The position numbers were made by a program, and so were the translations under genes. The notes under the pieces are model-generated. The model searched no databases, was not told the DNA's origin, and saw only the letters and a list, made by a program, of their open reading frames with translations. From IMG/VR virus record IMGVR_UViG_2675903278_000002: DNA of 64,000 nt; one strand, 5' to 3'. The stretch's first letter is position 1. Each line of letters starts with the position of its first letter. Source of the stretch: a virus. Its lineage: Duplodnaviria > Heunggongvirae > Uroviricota > Caudoviricetes. This document shows positions 39,272 through 48,096 of this stretch, piece after piece.

Positions 39272-39291
39272 TTAAACAACCTCTCTTCGCA

Positions 39292-39319
39292 ATGCCCGGC
39301 AACACGCCGGGCATTTTCA
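39292..39319 (+). terminator. Rho-independent terminator after metG
   Basis: ATGCCCGGC-AACACG-CCGGGCAT then TTTCAT. Confidence 0.65.
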
Positions 39320-39432
39320 TATAGACACAATCCCTTCTGATTTACACAGTACCTAAAACAATTTGTTTTCTGCCTTTTGTTGATGGAGATAATAAACCAC
39401 ATAAGAAAACAACTTGTTTTGGAGTGGTTGAA

Positions 39433-39732
39433 ATGTTGAACATTACCCAAGCCTACCAGGTGGCATTGATCAGCTCATCTCATACATCAGAGGAAGATGC
39501 TCGCCGATTCATGATCGCAAGCAATGAGCTGGATTGGGTTTCACAAATTGAGTACGGTTGCATTGTCCACGCCGGGTTACAGGACGATGACTGGAAAGAT
39601 GAGTTGCGTCGATATGGTATATCCGAGGGCGCGATTGCGAACATTCAGAAAGTACTTGATGTAGGCTTTGACTCTGTACATTTTGATTGTGGTGCACCGG
39701 TCGTTGAAGGGCTAGAGTGCTGGCAATGGTAA
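39433..39732 (+). CDS. hypothetical protein (accessory cassette)
   Basis: ATG 39433, two motif A copies upstream (39356-39370, 39403-39420). Confidence 0.5.
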   Translation: MLNITQAYQVALISSSHTSEEDARRFMIASNELDWVSQIEYGCIVHAGLQDDDWKDELRRYGISEGAIANIQKVLDVGFDSVHFDCGAPVVEGLECWQW

Positions 39733-39768
39733 TCCGGCAATCGCTTCATACTAGACAACGGAGAATTT

Positions 39769-39954
39769 ATGCTTAAAGAAGACTCATATCTACTAAAGGC
39801 GCTTGAAATGCGTGGCGTTGAACCTACAGTGAAAAACGCTCACGATATCTACCTTCAGTTTTCACCGGAGCTGAAACGGTTCATAAATCAATACGGGGTT
39901 AATGACTCAAGTGTTAAAGCAATGATAGATGATGAATTAGACCATCTCATCTAA
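39769..39954 (+). CDS. hypothetical small protein
   Basis: 61-aa ORF with RBS. Confidence 0.4.
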   Translation: MLKEDSYLLKALEMRGVEPTVKNAHDIYLQFSPELKRFINQYGVNDSSVKAMIDDELDHLI

Positions 39955-40106
39955 TCGTTTCCTATGATAATGGTTTTCACTTTGAGATTGTTATTTTTCA
40001 TAGCTAAAGCTGATGTTTGTGGAAGGTGGATTGATAAACGGATGCGTATTTAGGTTATACAAGTGAGAAAATTGATAATATATAAACGCGATTTTTATGT
40101 GATGGA

Positions 40107-40676
40107 ATGGATGTGATGGAAACCCAGAACCAACAAACAAAACCTCTGAATAACATTTATGCGTGGATTCTAGCGTTCATGCCTTTCTTCTTTGGAGTAT
40201 CGCCGGAAGAGTATACCAATTACGCTATTATAATTGGGGGTGTAACTACCATCGGTTTGTTAGTAGCTGACAGAATGGCTCTATCGGAGTCTGGCTGTGA
40301 ACCACCTTCAATTCTATGGGGGGTATTCCTCCTGCCTGTCTATCTCTGGAAGCGCGCGACTATTACAAAAGGCAGCAGAGTGCCATTTATCATAATCGTT
40401 GCGTCGCTGGCTTGGATTATCTTCATCGGCATCCCACACAAGGACGAGGTTGCTCTTGAAGAAGCAGCCTGCCCTCTCGTGACAACTATTCTGAAAGAGA
40501 ATAACGGTTCGACTGCACCAAAATGTATGAAGGTGACAATAGAGGACAAGGTGACGGATAAGTTCTATAGAGCAACGGCTACACTAGACAATGGTAATGA
40601 CATTAACATTACTCTGGAACTTACCGGCGACAGGAACTTCTACGTCCGTGTTCCAAATGTTTATCTGAACAACTAA
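40107..40676 (+). CDS. hypothetical integral membrane protein (about 4 TM)
   Basis: 189 aa, four hydrophobic helices. Confidence 0.5.
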   Translation: MDVMETQNQQTKPLNNIYAWILAFMPFFFGVSPEEYTNYAIIIGGVTTIGLLVADRMALSESGCEPPSILWGVFLLPVYLWKRATITKGSRVPFIIIVASLAWIIFIGIPHKDEVALEEAACPLVTTILKENNGSTAPKCMKVTIEDKVTDKFYRATATLDNGNDINITLELTGDRNFYVRVPNVYLNN

Positions 40677-40795
40677 CGGTTGCAACTTATTGATAATGGC
40701 GGTCACAATTTGATTCTTTTCTATAAGAACCCGTTGATCGCCACTACTCCCCTCCCATACCAGCAATCACATCATTAAATATCAATAGGTTATGG

Positions 40796-41560
40796 TTGTT
40801 TATACAAATAAGAAAACAACTAAATAACAGATCAACGAAACGTCAACGCTTTCACCCGATTTGGTCTAAAAAATTGACGTTTTCACACATCACTTCTTAT
40901 ACCCGTAACTCTACGCAGCAGACATCGCCACAGCGTCCAATTTTCACCACAGACGACCCAACACACTACCAACAAAAACACACGCTCAAAATCGCTCCCG
41001 TTGCGTTACACAACCATATAAACAACTTATTTTCAGGCATAACAAAACAACTAAATAACACACATGCCATTTCCAAAAACAACCAACCTCTTTATGGCAG
41101 GCTACCGAAAAGACCCACCTCTTCTCCCCAGGCTACCGGACAACCAACCTAACTTTCACAGGCAATCCGAAAACATTCATACGCGCGATACCCACGACAC
41201 GCCATTACCCAAACAGCGAAGAAACACCAGAATCACTGAACCCCCAACGAAGCCTGTAACCGCAAGGCTTCTCTCAATCCCAAAAGACACGAAACAGAAC
41301 AATCACGGGAAACGCCATTACCCAACACACGAATAACTACAAAAGCCCTTCACGCACTCCAGACAAACAACTCAAACACAATAACGAAAGGAATCGCCCA
41401 CCTGCCATTACTCCATACACGGAGAAGAACAATCACCAAAACGACGAGAACACCCCATAGAAGAACCACCGCAAAACGAACGAAACCACATACACCGACA
41501 GAGAGAACAACACACCCAATTCACCAACAGAATTAGTCGCCGTATAGAACGTTCTGGAAG
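40796..41560. other. ~750-bp strongly strand-asymmetric C/A-rich, G-poor non-coding tract
   Basis: top strand dominated by A and C with few G; only low-complexity ORFs; internal ~30-bp repeats CAGGC(T/A)ACCG... at ~41097, 41130, 41159. Confidence 0.6.
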
Positions 41561-41747
41561 GAGTGAGTGTTAACGTCCATAGAGAGGTTGAGACAGATAA
41601 AACACGAATAAAACACAACATGTATAGCGAAGAAGCCAGGTATGTATAAGTGGGGAGAGAAGGAGGGGTGTCGCCTCCTTTTTCGTATTTATTCAACTCC
41701 TGATTTTACCCCCCGTAACACCCCTACGGTCAGCCTTCGGTCCATAC

Positions 41748-41890
41748 AGGGAAAAGGCTGCATCCCGCTACAGAAACGGCTGGGTTGCCTTCGGGGAACG
41801 GCTGGAGGTTTTCAGGGAAACGGTCGAGTTGCCTGTGTGGATTTCGGGAAAAGGCTCGATGCCGGTTCAGGAACGGTGGCGTACCGGTAT
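41748..41890. repeat. six direct repeats GG(G)AAA(A)CGGCT at ~21-22 bp periodicity
   Basis: units at ~41750, 41772, 41794, 41815, 41846, 41869; related array at 45775-45890. Confidence 0.65.
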
Positions 41891-42259
41891 AGCGTGAGGG
41901 AGAGTTGCGGCTGTCCACCTGTAATGTGCGGGAAGAAGAGAGGCGCTCACGTGCAGGCGAACTTACTTACCGCTGGATTCCCTCTGAATGCCCAGCTACA
42001 GCGTAATTGTGCCAGACAGTCAGCGGGTCACAATCGATTTCAGTAGGTTTTCGGGGAGAAGAAAATTCTGCCCACCAGCCCTGCGGCGCGCGTAGAGCAG
42101 AATATCGTAAATACTGGTTCCGTGTCGTTCCCGGATACTCACTACCCAGCCTGGCTTTCCCGACATAAAATCCTTTTCCGCCTTTGTCTTATTGCGATAA
42201 TAACACCAACAAGTAAACAACATGTTTAGACGTTATATAAACGAAGTGAGGATGAAGAG

Positions 42260-42478
42260 ATGATTAAGATGCCTGTGACGGTTGAGGTGTGGGGCGTGGA
42301 TTCCCTGGCTGAGTGTCTGGATGCAGTGGGGCCGGAGTTGTACCGCAAGTTGTGGTCGTTCGTCCCGGCAGAAGGGGAATCGCCCAAAGGGAAGGATATC
42401 TGGCACCTGCTGAGTGAAGATGAAAAGCGGGAGCTGGTGGACGCGGTACACAGCGAGTTCCCGGGCGACGAAGATTAA
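42260..42478 (+). CDS. hypothetical small acidic protein (cassette)
   Basis: 72 aa; motif A at 42211-42228; terminator hairpin GGCCACCAGCACGGTGGC after stop. Confidence 0.5.
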   Translation: MIKMPVTVEVWGVDSLAECLDAVGPELYRKLWSFVPAEGESPKGKDIWHLLSEDEKRELVDAVHSEFPGDED

Positions 42479-42616
42479 GAGTGAGGCCACCAGCACGGTG
42501 GCTTTTGTCGCTATTAACCTCCGGGCAGCGCAGCACCGTAACGATATACTTTGTGGCCGTTTTCTTACTGGTATTGTTTACGCAATTCAGAAAACAACAT
42601 GTTTAAGGATTGCGTT

Positions 42617-42946
42617 ATGTTTGCAAATATCGACATCAACCAAATCAAGAAAATGACTCAAAAAGAGTTTGACCAGTTTTATGAGTTAGAAGGTTGGTCT
42701 TCCACTCTGATCAATTCGCGGTGGGTGCTTGAGCTGATGACTCGTGATGACGCACCTGCTTTGATGATTTGCGACATGGGTGAAGATGCTGACTTTATGG
42801 ATATGAGCGAATTTTGTGTGGACACATACAACCGCAGCCAGAAGTACTACTTCACATGCGATAGCGAAAATGACGTGATTTCTAAGGTCTATCTTCACCT
42901 CGTCCAGCATTGGGACGTTCAGGAGTTTCTTGAAGTATTCGAGTAA
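42617..42946 (+). CDS. hypothetical protein (cassette)
   Basis: 109 aa from ATG 42617; motif A at 42588-42606; hairpin after stop. Confidence 0.5.
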   Translation: MFANIDINQIKKMTQKEFDQFYELEGWSSTLINSRWVLELMTRDDAPALMICDMGEDADFMDMSEFCVDTYNRSQKYYFTCDSENDVISKVYLHLVQHWDVQEFLEVFE

Positions 42947-43099
42947 CCCCAACCAAAGCCAGCATTGCTGGCTTAATTTCTCTATAGCCGCAGGGAAGAA
43001 CCTGCATATCGCTCATGCACCTGATCAATATGCTTTGTAGCCGTTTTCTTACTGGTATTATTTACGCCATTGAGAAAACAAGTTGTTTACGGAGTTGTG

Positions 43100-43411
43100 A
43101 TGAAAAAATCATTGGTTCTTGGTCTGGACAAAGACCAGAAGAGAAAAGAGAAGCCTGCGCTGGTTGCTCAATTAACTTTGCTGGACATCGTTGCCAATGG
43201 AACCTCTATTCGTCTGTTCCGTGAAACAGCGGTGTCTTTCGATAAAAACACCTTTACTCGTTATGTAATGAATGTTCGTCGCCAGCGTGGAAAAGGCTGG
43301 GTGGCATTTCAAAGAATGTGGCCGGAACATCAGCTCGAACTGGCTTTGATGGAAGTTAACCGCGTGGCCCAGCAAGAGATTCAGAGAGCATCAGTGATGG
43401 CAATAGCCTGA
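43100..43411 (+). CDS. hypothetical protein (cassette)
   Basis: 103 aa from ATG 43100; motif A at 43072-43090; upstream ~65 bp homologous to the 42541-42606 region. Confidence 0.5.
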   Translation: MKKSLVLGLDKDQKRKEKPALVAQLTLLDIVANGTSIRLFRETAVSFDKNTFTRYVMNVRRQRGKGWVAFQRMWPEHQLELALMEVNRVAQQEIQRASVMAIA

Positions 43412-43445
43412 TAATGTGCAAGTGGTAATTAGTCGACAGTACGAC

Positions 43446-43474
43446 AGCCCCGCCATCCTTACGGGGCTTTTTTG
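43446..43474 (+). terminator. Rho-independent terminator
   Basis: AGCCCCG-CCATCCTTA-CGGGGCT then TTTTT. Confidence 0.65.
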
Positions 43475-43537
43475 TATTGTAAGTACATACTTATGATCAT
43501 AGAATATAAAAATAACCAAAACACTACGGAGAGTGAA

Positions 43538-43933
43538 ATGACCGTTAAACGCGAAAAACTGACAGTTGATGTTTACTATGCCTCTGAAACCGCCGAAGGT
43601 AAGAATGTGGCAAAAATCACCGTTGTTACGTACAACACCGAAACTGGTGCCGAAGTCCAGGCCAGTACGATCGTGCGTAAAGGTGATGCCTCCGACGGCG
43701 AGTACGCGACTCAATACCAGTCCATTCTCGATGCAACTGACCCGCTGCTGCTGAAAATCGAGAACTACTTCCGCCAGGTTGATGAAGAGGTGTTTGAAAC
43801 CATGATGAATATGGTTAACACCGTATTCGCCTCCAACCTGAATACCAACACTACCTGGATTGGTCAGTACGGCCTGCGCATTACCTCTGGCATTCCTGCC
43901 GACACCTTAATCCCTGAAAGCGTATTCGCTTAA
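43538..43933 (+). CDS. hypothetical protein (cassette)
   Basis: 131 aa from ATG 43538; hairpin AAATGGCGCG-TAAA-CCGCGCCATTT after stop. Confidence 0.5.
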   Translation: MTVKREKLTVDVYYASETAEGKNVAKITVVTYNTETGAEVQASTIVRKGDASDGEYATQYQSILDATDPLLLKIENYFRQVDEEVFETMMNMVNTVFASNLNTNTTWIGQYGLRITSGIPADTLIPESVFA

Positions 43934-44050
43934 TCCTCTTTAAATGGCGCGTAAACCGCGCCATTTTCTTATGCCCGATAACAATTTGTTTTCTGCCTTA
44001 TCTGATTTGTGAAAATGATTTCACTGAAGCAACTTAATAAGGAAACCATC

Positions 44051-44425
44051 ATGGGACTTGATATCTATATCGAGACACAGCCTAAAAACGATCTGAATAA
44101 CGAGGCATCCAGAAAGCAGGTTGCTTACTTCCGTAAGTTCAATGCGCTCGTTGGGTGGATGGAGCGCAACGTAGGTGAAGTCGAAAATTGTGAGCTTTTA
44201 GAATTAACGATGAATGACATTTGTTTTCTGAAGGCTCATTTGATGCACATAAACGAAAGTAATTGCGAAGAGTACTTGCCTACCCGGGAAGGTTTTTTCT
44301 TCGGCAGTCAGGAGTACGATGAAGGTTACTGGCATGATGTGGGGCAGTTGAAAGAGCTTGTGGAAGATCTGATTAAGAACCACGACTTTCACAATAACAG
44401 ACTGACCTTCTGCGCCTGGTGGTAA
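44051..44425 (+). CDS. hypothetical protein (cassette)
   Basis: 124 aa from ATG 44051; motif A variant at ~43981-43993. Confidence 0.5.
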   Translation: MGLDIYIETQPKNDLNNEASRKQVAYFRKFNALVGWMERNVGEVENCELLELTMNDICFLKAHLMHINESNCEEYLPTREGFFFGSQEYDEGYWHDVGQLKELVEDLIKNHDFHNNRLTFCAWW

Positions 44426-44427
44426 AT

Positions 44428-44571
44428 ATGGGCGATTTCAAGAAACGCCTGAAGGAAAGAGCCGAGATGGTCAGAAAGCAAAACGCCTCTTCTGTCATCA
44501 GATACGCAAGGCAGTTTAGTCGCAACAACAAATCAGTTGAGGAAAAGATCCTTAGCGTAATCGGTCGATAA
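44428..44571 (+). CDS. hypothetical small basic protein (47 aa)
   Basis: not in ORF track (below 60 aa); ATG 2 nt after upstream stop; followed by conserved terminator hairpin at ~44577-44610. Confidence 0.35.
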   Translation: MGDFKKRLKERAEMVRKQNASSVIRYARQFSRNNKSVEEKILSVIGR

Positions 44572-44760
44572 TTATTAAGGCCACCAGCATTGGTGGTCTT
44601 AAATGACTTTTAATAACCGAAGGTTAGTTTGAAACCTGGCTATCAACTTCCAGAACCTTTCTTGTGTATTCAGCCTGTATTAACTTCTTTTATGCCTTAT
44701 CTACACTGCGATAATTACACCAACAAGAAAACAACATGTTTACGCAGTGAGGATATGCTC

Positions 44761-45042
44761 ATGACTGATTTCACCATTACCCCTAAAGCACAAAATGTAT
44801 TTCTTGAATCATGGCTGGACTTGCCGGAAACAGAACAGCAAGAAATGGATCATGTGGATTATGACGAGCAGGTAAGCACGCGATTCTTCCACTTTGAGGG
44901 ATGCGTTTACGACATTGCTGACTTCATGCGAGATGACCGCTTCCCTGAATGGCACGCCAGTTATCCACTAAACGCCTTTGCCATGCTGATGATCCGTGTG
45001 GATGATTCAGGGGATACCATCGACATCGGTCTGCTCCACTAA
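44761..45042 (+). CDS. hypothetical acidic protein (cassette)
   Basis: 93 aa from ATG 44761 (RBS GAGGA); motif A at 44726-44743; hairpin GGCCACCAATGCTGGTGGCC after stop. Confidence 0.5.
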   Translation: MTDFTITPKAQNVFLESWLDLPETEQQEMDHVDYDEQVSTRFFHFEGCVYDIADFMRDDRFPEWHASYPLNAFAMLMIRVDDSGDTIDIGLLH

Positions 45043-45079
45043 AGATTAAGGCCACCAATGCTGGTGGCCTTAAATGACC

Positions 45080-45180
45080 ATCCTGTTTCCCGCAGGCTAA
45101 AAACACCAACCTCTTACCTCCAGGCAACCGACAAACCCACCTGTTCCCGTCCGGCTACCGCAACTTTCCACTTTGACGCC
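45080..45180. repeat. C/A-rich tract with three ~30-bp CAGGC(T/A)A(C/A)CG repeats (short copy of the 40796-41560 tract)
   Basis: units at ~45093, 45121, 45152 resembling those at 41097-41170. Confidence 0.55.
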
Positions 45181-45246
45181 TTATTCGTACAACGATAATT
45201 AACACCAACAAGAAAACAATTTGTTATTTACGATAAGGAATTAATC

Positions 45247-45729
45247 ATGAATTTTATCGCTACTGTAAACGCACCCGCACATGGCAATATCGCTGTAACG
45301 TTCTCTGACATTGAAAAACGAGTACTTGGTGCATGGCGCGACAATGAGACGGTAGAACTGTCAGCACAAGAAAAATGCATTATTGCACGCGACATCATTG
45401 GCAATCGTCGTTACTCGCGGGTATTTGAGAAAGCGTATGTGGTAAATTCTGGGTTCGGAACGTTCGTCTTTCCGGTGCGCTCCGGGCGATTCTGCCAGTC
45501 CAAGCTGATTGAGTTCGCTACGCAGATTTCTGTCTGGATTAAAACTCAATCGTCGTTCAAATTTTCCGACGATGAAGCAGTATCGCAGGGGATGCGGATC
45601 GCCAACAATGCGATTAAATGCAAAAACATTACGTATACCGCTGGCGTTGATACATGGAAACTGTTTTGCGCTAACTTTATGCTGAATGTATACGCAAGCA
45701 ACCGCATCCACATCCTTGATGGCGTGTAA
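45247..45729 (+). CDS. hypothetical protein
   Basis: 160-aa ORF; motif A at 45210-45227; terminator hairpin ~45735-45757. Confidence 0.5.
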   Translation: MNFIATVNAPAHGNIAVTFSDIEKRVLGAWRDNETVELSAQEKCIIARDIIGNRRYSRVFEKAYVVNSGFGTFVFPVRSGRFCQSKLIEFATQISVWIKTQSSFKFSDDEAVSQGMRIANNAIKCKNITYTAGVDTWKLFCANFMLNVYASNRIHILDGV

Positions 45730-45774
45730 CTGAGAAGAGGGCCAGAAACGGCCCTTTCTCTATAGCCACCAGCT

Positions 45775-45890
45775 GCCGCAGGGAAATTTTCAGAAACGGC
45801 GAGGAACGTATTCATAAGCCGACGGGAAACGGCCAGGATTTTTTCGGGAAACGGCTGCATTCGCCTTTATGTAGAAAAAAACATCGGGAA
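45775..45890. repeat. second array of GGGAAACGGC-type direct repeats
   Basis: units at ~45778, 45791, 45822, 45845, 45884, same family as 41748-41890. Confidence 0.6.
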
Positions 45891-46346
45891 GCTGGTGGAA
45901 TCCAACCAGCGGTTGTCGGACAGGCGAGCGGGGAAAATTATGATGACTTTCGTCGCCTGAGACATCCAGATTTCTTTCGTAGCATAATCACATACGTGAT
46001 TAAGTGGTGTGATTATGTGAAAAATCACGCGCACATAATACGCGAGCGGATACGGAACAAAACAAAATGCCGATCCGCGCCGACAAATAAACGCGGATCA
46101 CATAGCAAGAATAAAAGCCAATGATTAGCCATACGTTATAGCGCAATATAACGCATTTTAAGCGCGTTAATGTGCTAAGTAATGGGTATGTACTGGTAAG
46201 GATATAAAAGCGCGTCTATGGCGTTATTTTGGCGCTTATTTTTATGTTGTTGGAGTGAGTTAAAGACAATAAAAAACGCGCCATCATTGGCGCGCTATGG
46301 TGGGAGTATTGGAAACGAAAAAAGCGCCCATAGTGGGCGCTCGATT

Positions 46347-46577
46347 TTATTTGTGTAAACTGATTTTAAATCCCATTTCTACAAACGCTTTTAACATTAA
46401 AAATATATCAGCGTCGTTGATTCCAATATCCGAACGCTCAATATCATTTAATAAATCAATTTTACGCGTTGTTTCATCGATAAACTCGACTGAGCGCCCA
46501 GCGTAACCAGCGATCCCAGCGATGCGATTAACAAAATATTCATTGCGCACGTTAACGCCAGCGATAAGAACAAACAT
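46347..46577 (-). CDS. hypothetical protein (low-GC island)
   Basis: 76 aa; strong RBS AAGGAG; AT-rich codon usage. Confidence 0.45.
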   Translation of the reverse strand: MFVLIAGVNVRNEYFVNRIAGIAGYAGRSVEFIDETTRKIDLLNDIERSDIGINDADIFLMLKAFVEMGFKISLHK

Positions 46578-46598
46578 GATAAAGCTCCTTAAAAAAAA

Positions 46599-46802
46599 TT
46601 AAATAGAATTTTGAAGTTTTCCGATTAATGCGCTTAAACGTAAGTATTCACGTTTGCGCTTGCAATCTCGCTTGCTGTTGAGCAAATCAGAAAACGTAAA
46701 ATTTAATTGGTCGCGTTGCGCGATCAAATCATCGATTAATTCCAGTTTATAAGCGCGATACTTTGCGCGATATTCCGCGCGGATCTTGTCATAGCTGACC
46801 AT
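46599..46802 (-). CDS. hypothetical small basic protein (low-GC island)
   Basis: 67 aa from ATG at 46802 with RBS AAGGAG (ORF track start 46847). Confidence 0.4.
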   Translation of the reverse strand: MVSYDKIRAEYRAKYRAYKLELIDDLIAQRDQLNFTFSDLLNSKRDCKRKREYLRLSALIGKLQNSI

Positions 46803-46850
46803 TTTTAAAGCTCCTTTAAAGCGCCCACTATGGGCGCTTGATTCCATTAA

Positions 46851-47501
46851 TTACGCTTTGAAAGCATCAGCTAAATAATTGTAGAAATCATTTTTAATGA
46901 AGCGATATTGCTGAGTACCAGCTTTCGCGCTCCCAGCTCCTTTGACTTTTTCAACAAGTCCAAGACGTTCGCAAAGATTGATCAACTGGTTGGCTTGAGT
47001 ATAGCCAGCGTCCAATTTAATTTCGCACGCTTTTTTCGCTTCATTCATTAAATCGAAAACAGCGCCATTGGTGAACGTGTCGATCTCGTCGTTAATCATA
47101 TCGATTAATGCGAATACACGAGATCCGGACATATCAGCGACGGAATAAACACACTTTCCAGCTTTAATGGATTTAACCAGATAAACCAGTTTTTCCAGAG
47201 AATAACTATTAGTCATTGCATCACGGAAAAATACTTCTGGCGCTTGTTTGCTTGCTTTGATCGCATAGTAGAAAACAGAGCACAATTTTTCGTCTTCTAC
47301 AGCGTTTACAACGTTGTTGATGAAGTAAGCAAGTTTAGTGGTTGCAGCTTGCATATTTGCTTTGTCTGCTTTGGTGTGCGTGCCATTTTTATAATGTTCG
47401 TTATATGTTTGAGTTGCCAGATCTGCTTTTTCGCGCAGTTCATCGGATACAATGGAAGCAGCTTCAATGATGGATTTTTTAGAAATGATAATGTTAGCCA
47501 T
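46851..47501 (-). CDS. hypothetical protein (low-GC island)
   Basis: 216 aa; RBS AAGGAAAAATTATCATG; possible helix-turn-helix-like C-terminal segment. Confidence 0.5.
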   Translation of the reverse strand: MANIIISKKSIIEAASIVSDELREKADLATQTYNEHYKNGTHTKADKANMQAATTKLAYFINNVVNAVEDEKLCSVFYYAIKASKQAPEVFFRDAMTNSYSLEKLVYLVKSIKAGKCVYSVADMSGSRVFALIDMINDEIDTFTNGAVFDLMNEAKKACEIKLDAGYTQANQLINLCERLGLVEKVKGAGSAKAGTQQYRFIKNDFYNYLADAFKA

Positions 47502-47784
47502 GATAATTTTTCCTTATGTAAATTTAAAATTTATTGTCGTTAGCGTCTTCGCTTTCGACGAGTTCAATTATCGATATGCGAAAAAAGATTGCAAGTGTTT
47601 TTTTTAAATTTTTTGCAGGGATGAAAGTCCTAGAAATAAAAGCGAGATCGTCGAAGGTGTTCCCTAAATAAATAATTGATTGCGGCTTTAGACCTTATAT
47701 ATATTTAGGTTATTTGATTTGTAGATATAAAGAAGTGATGTGAAAAATAATAACCGGACTTAGCCGGTTATTAACCTTATAGAT

Positions 47785-48093
47785 TTATTGAACAGACTCT
47801 ACAGCCTTACGATTGGTGTCAAATAGCGCATCAACGAACTGTGCCGATGACTCGCTAGATTCGCAATCCAACATTGCCCGTTCTTCATTTGCCACTTTCT
47901 TACACAGTTCCACATTCTCACCTATCGCTTTTCCTGCTTTTACGGCTGCCGAAAATTGATACATGCAAACTGATACATTCTGAGACGTTGAGCACACGTC
48001 ATTCATCAGCGACTGAATGACAGGCTTATAGTCCATTGCATTTGCCGCAACTGAGCAAAGTAAAAATAATGGTGGTAACAATATCGATTTCAT
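47785..48093 (-). CDS. hypothetical exported Cys-containing protein
   Basis: signal peptide MKSILLPPLFLLCSVAANA; 102 aa. Confidence 0.5.
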   Translation of the reverse strand: MKSILLPPLFLLCSVAANAMDYKPVIQSLMNDVCSTSQNVSVCMYQFSAAVKAGKAIGENVELCKKVANEERAMLDCESSESSAQFVDALFDTNRKAVESVQ

Positions 48094-48096
48094 AAC

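Noticed and set aside
40796-42046. ORFs 40796..41152, 41064..41336, 41642..42046 and minus-strand 41433..41918
   Set aside because: Translations are extreme low-complexity (Pro/Thr/Gln or Gly/Arg runs) that mirror the C/A-rich tract and the periodic repeats; no RBS context; region treated as non-coding.
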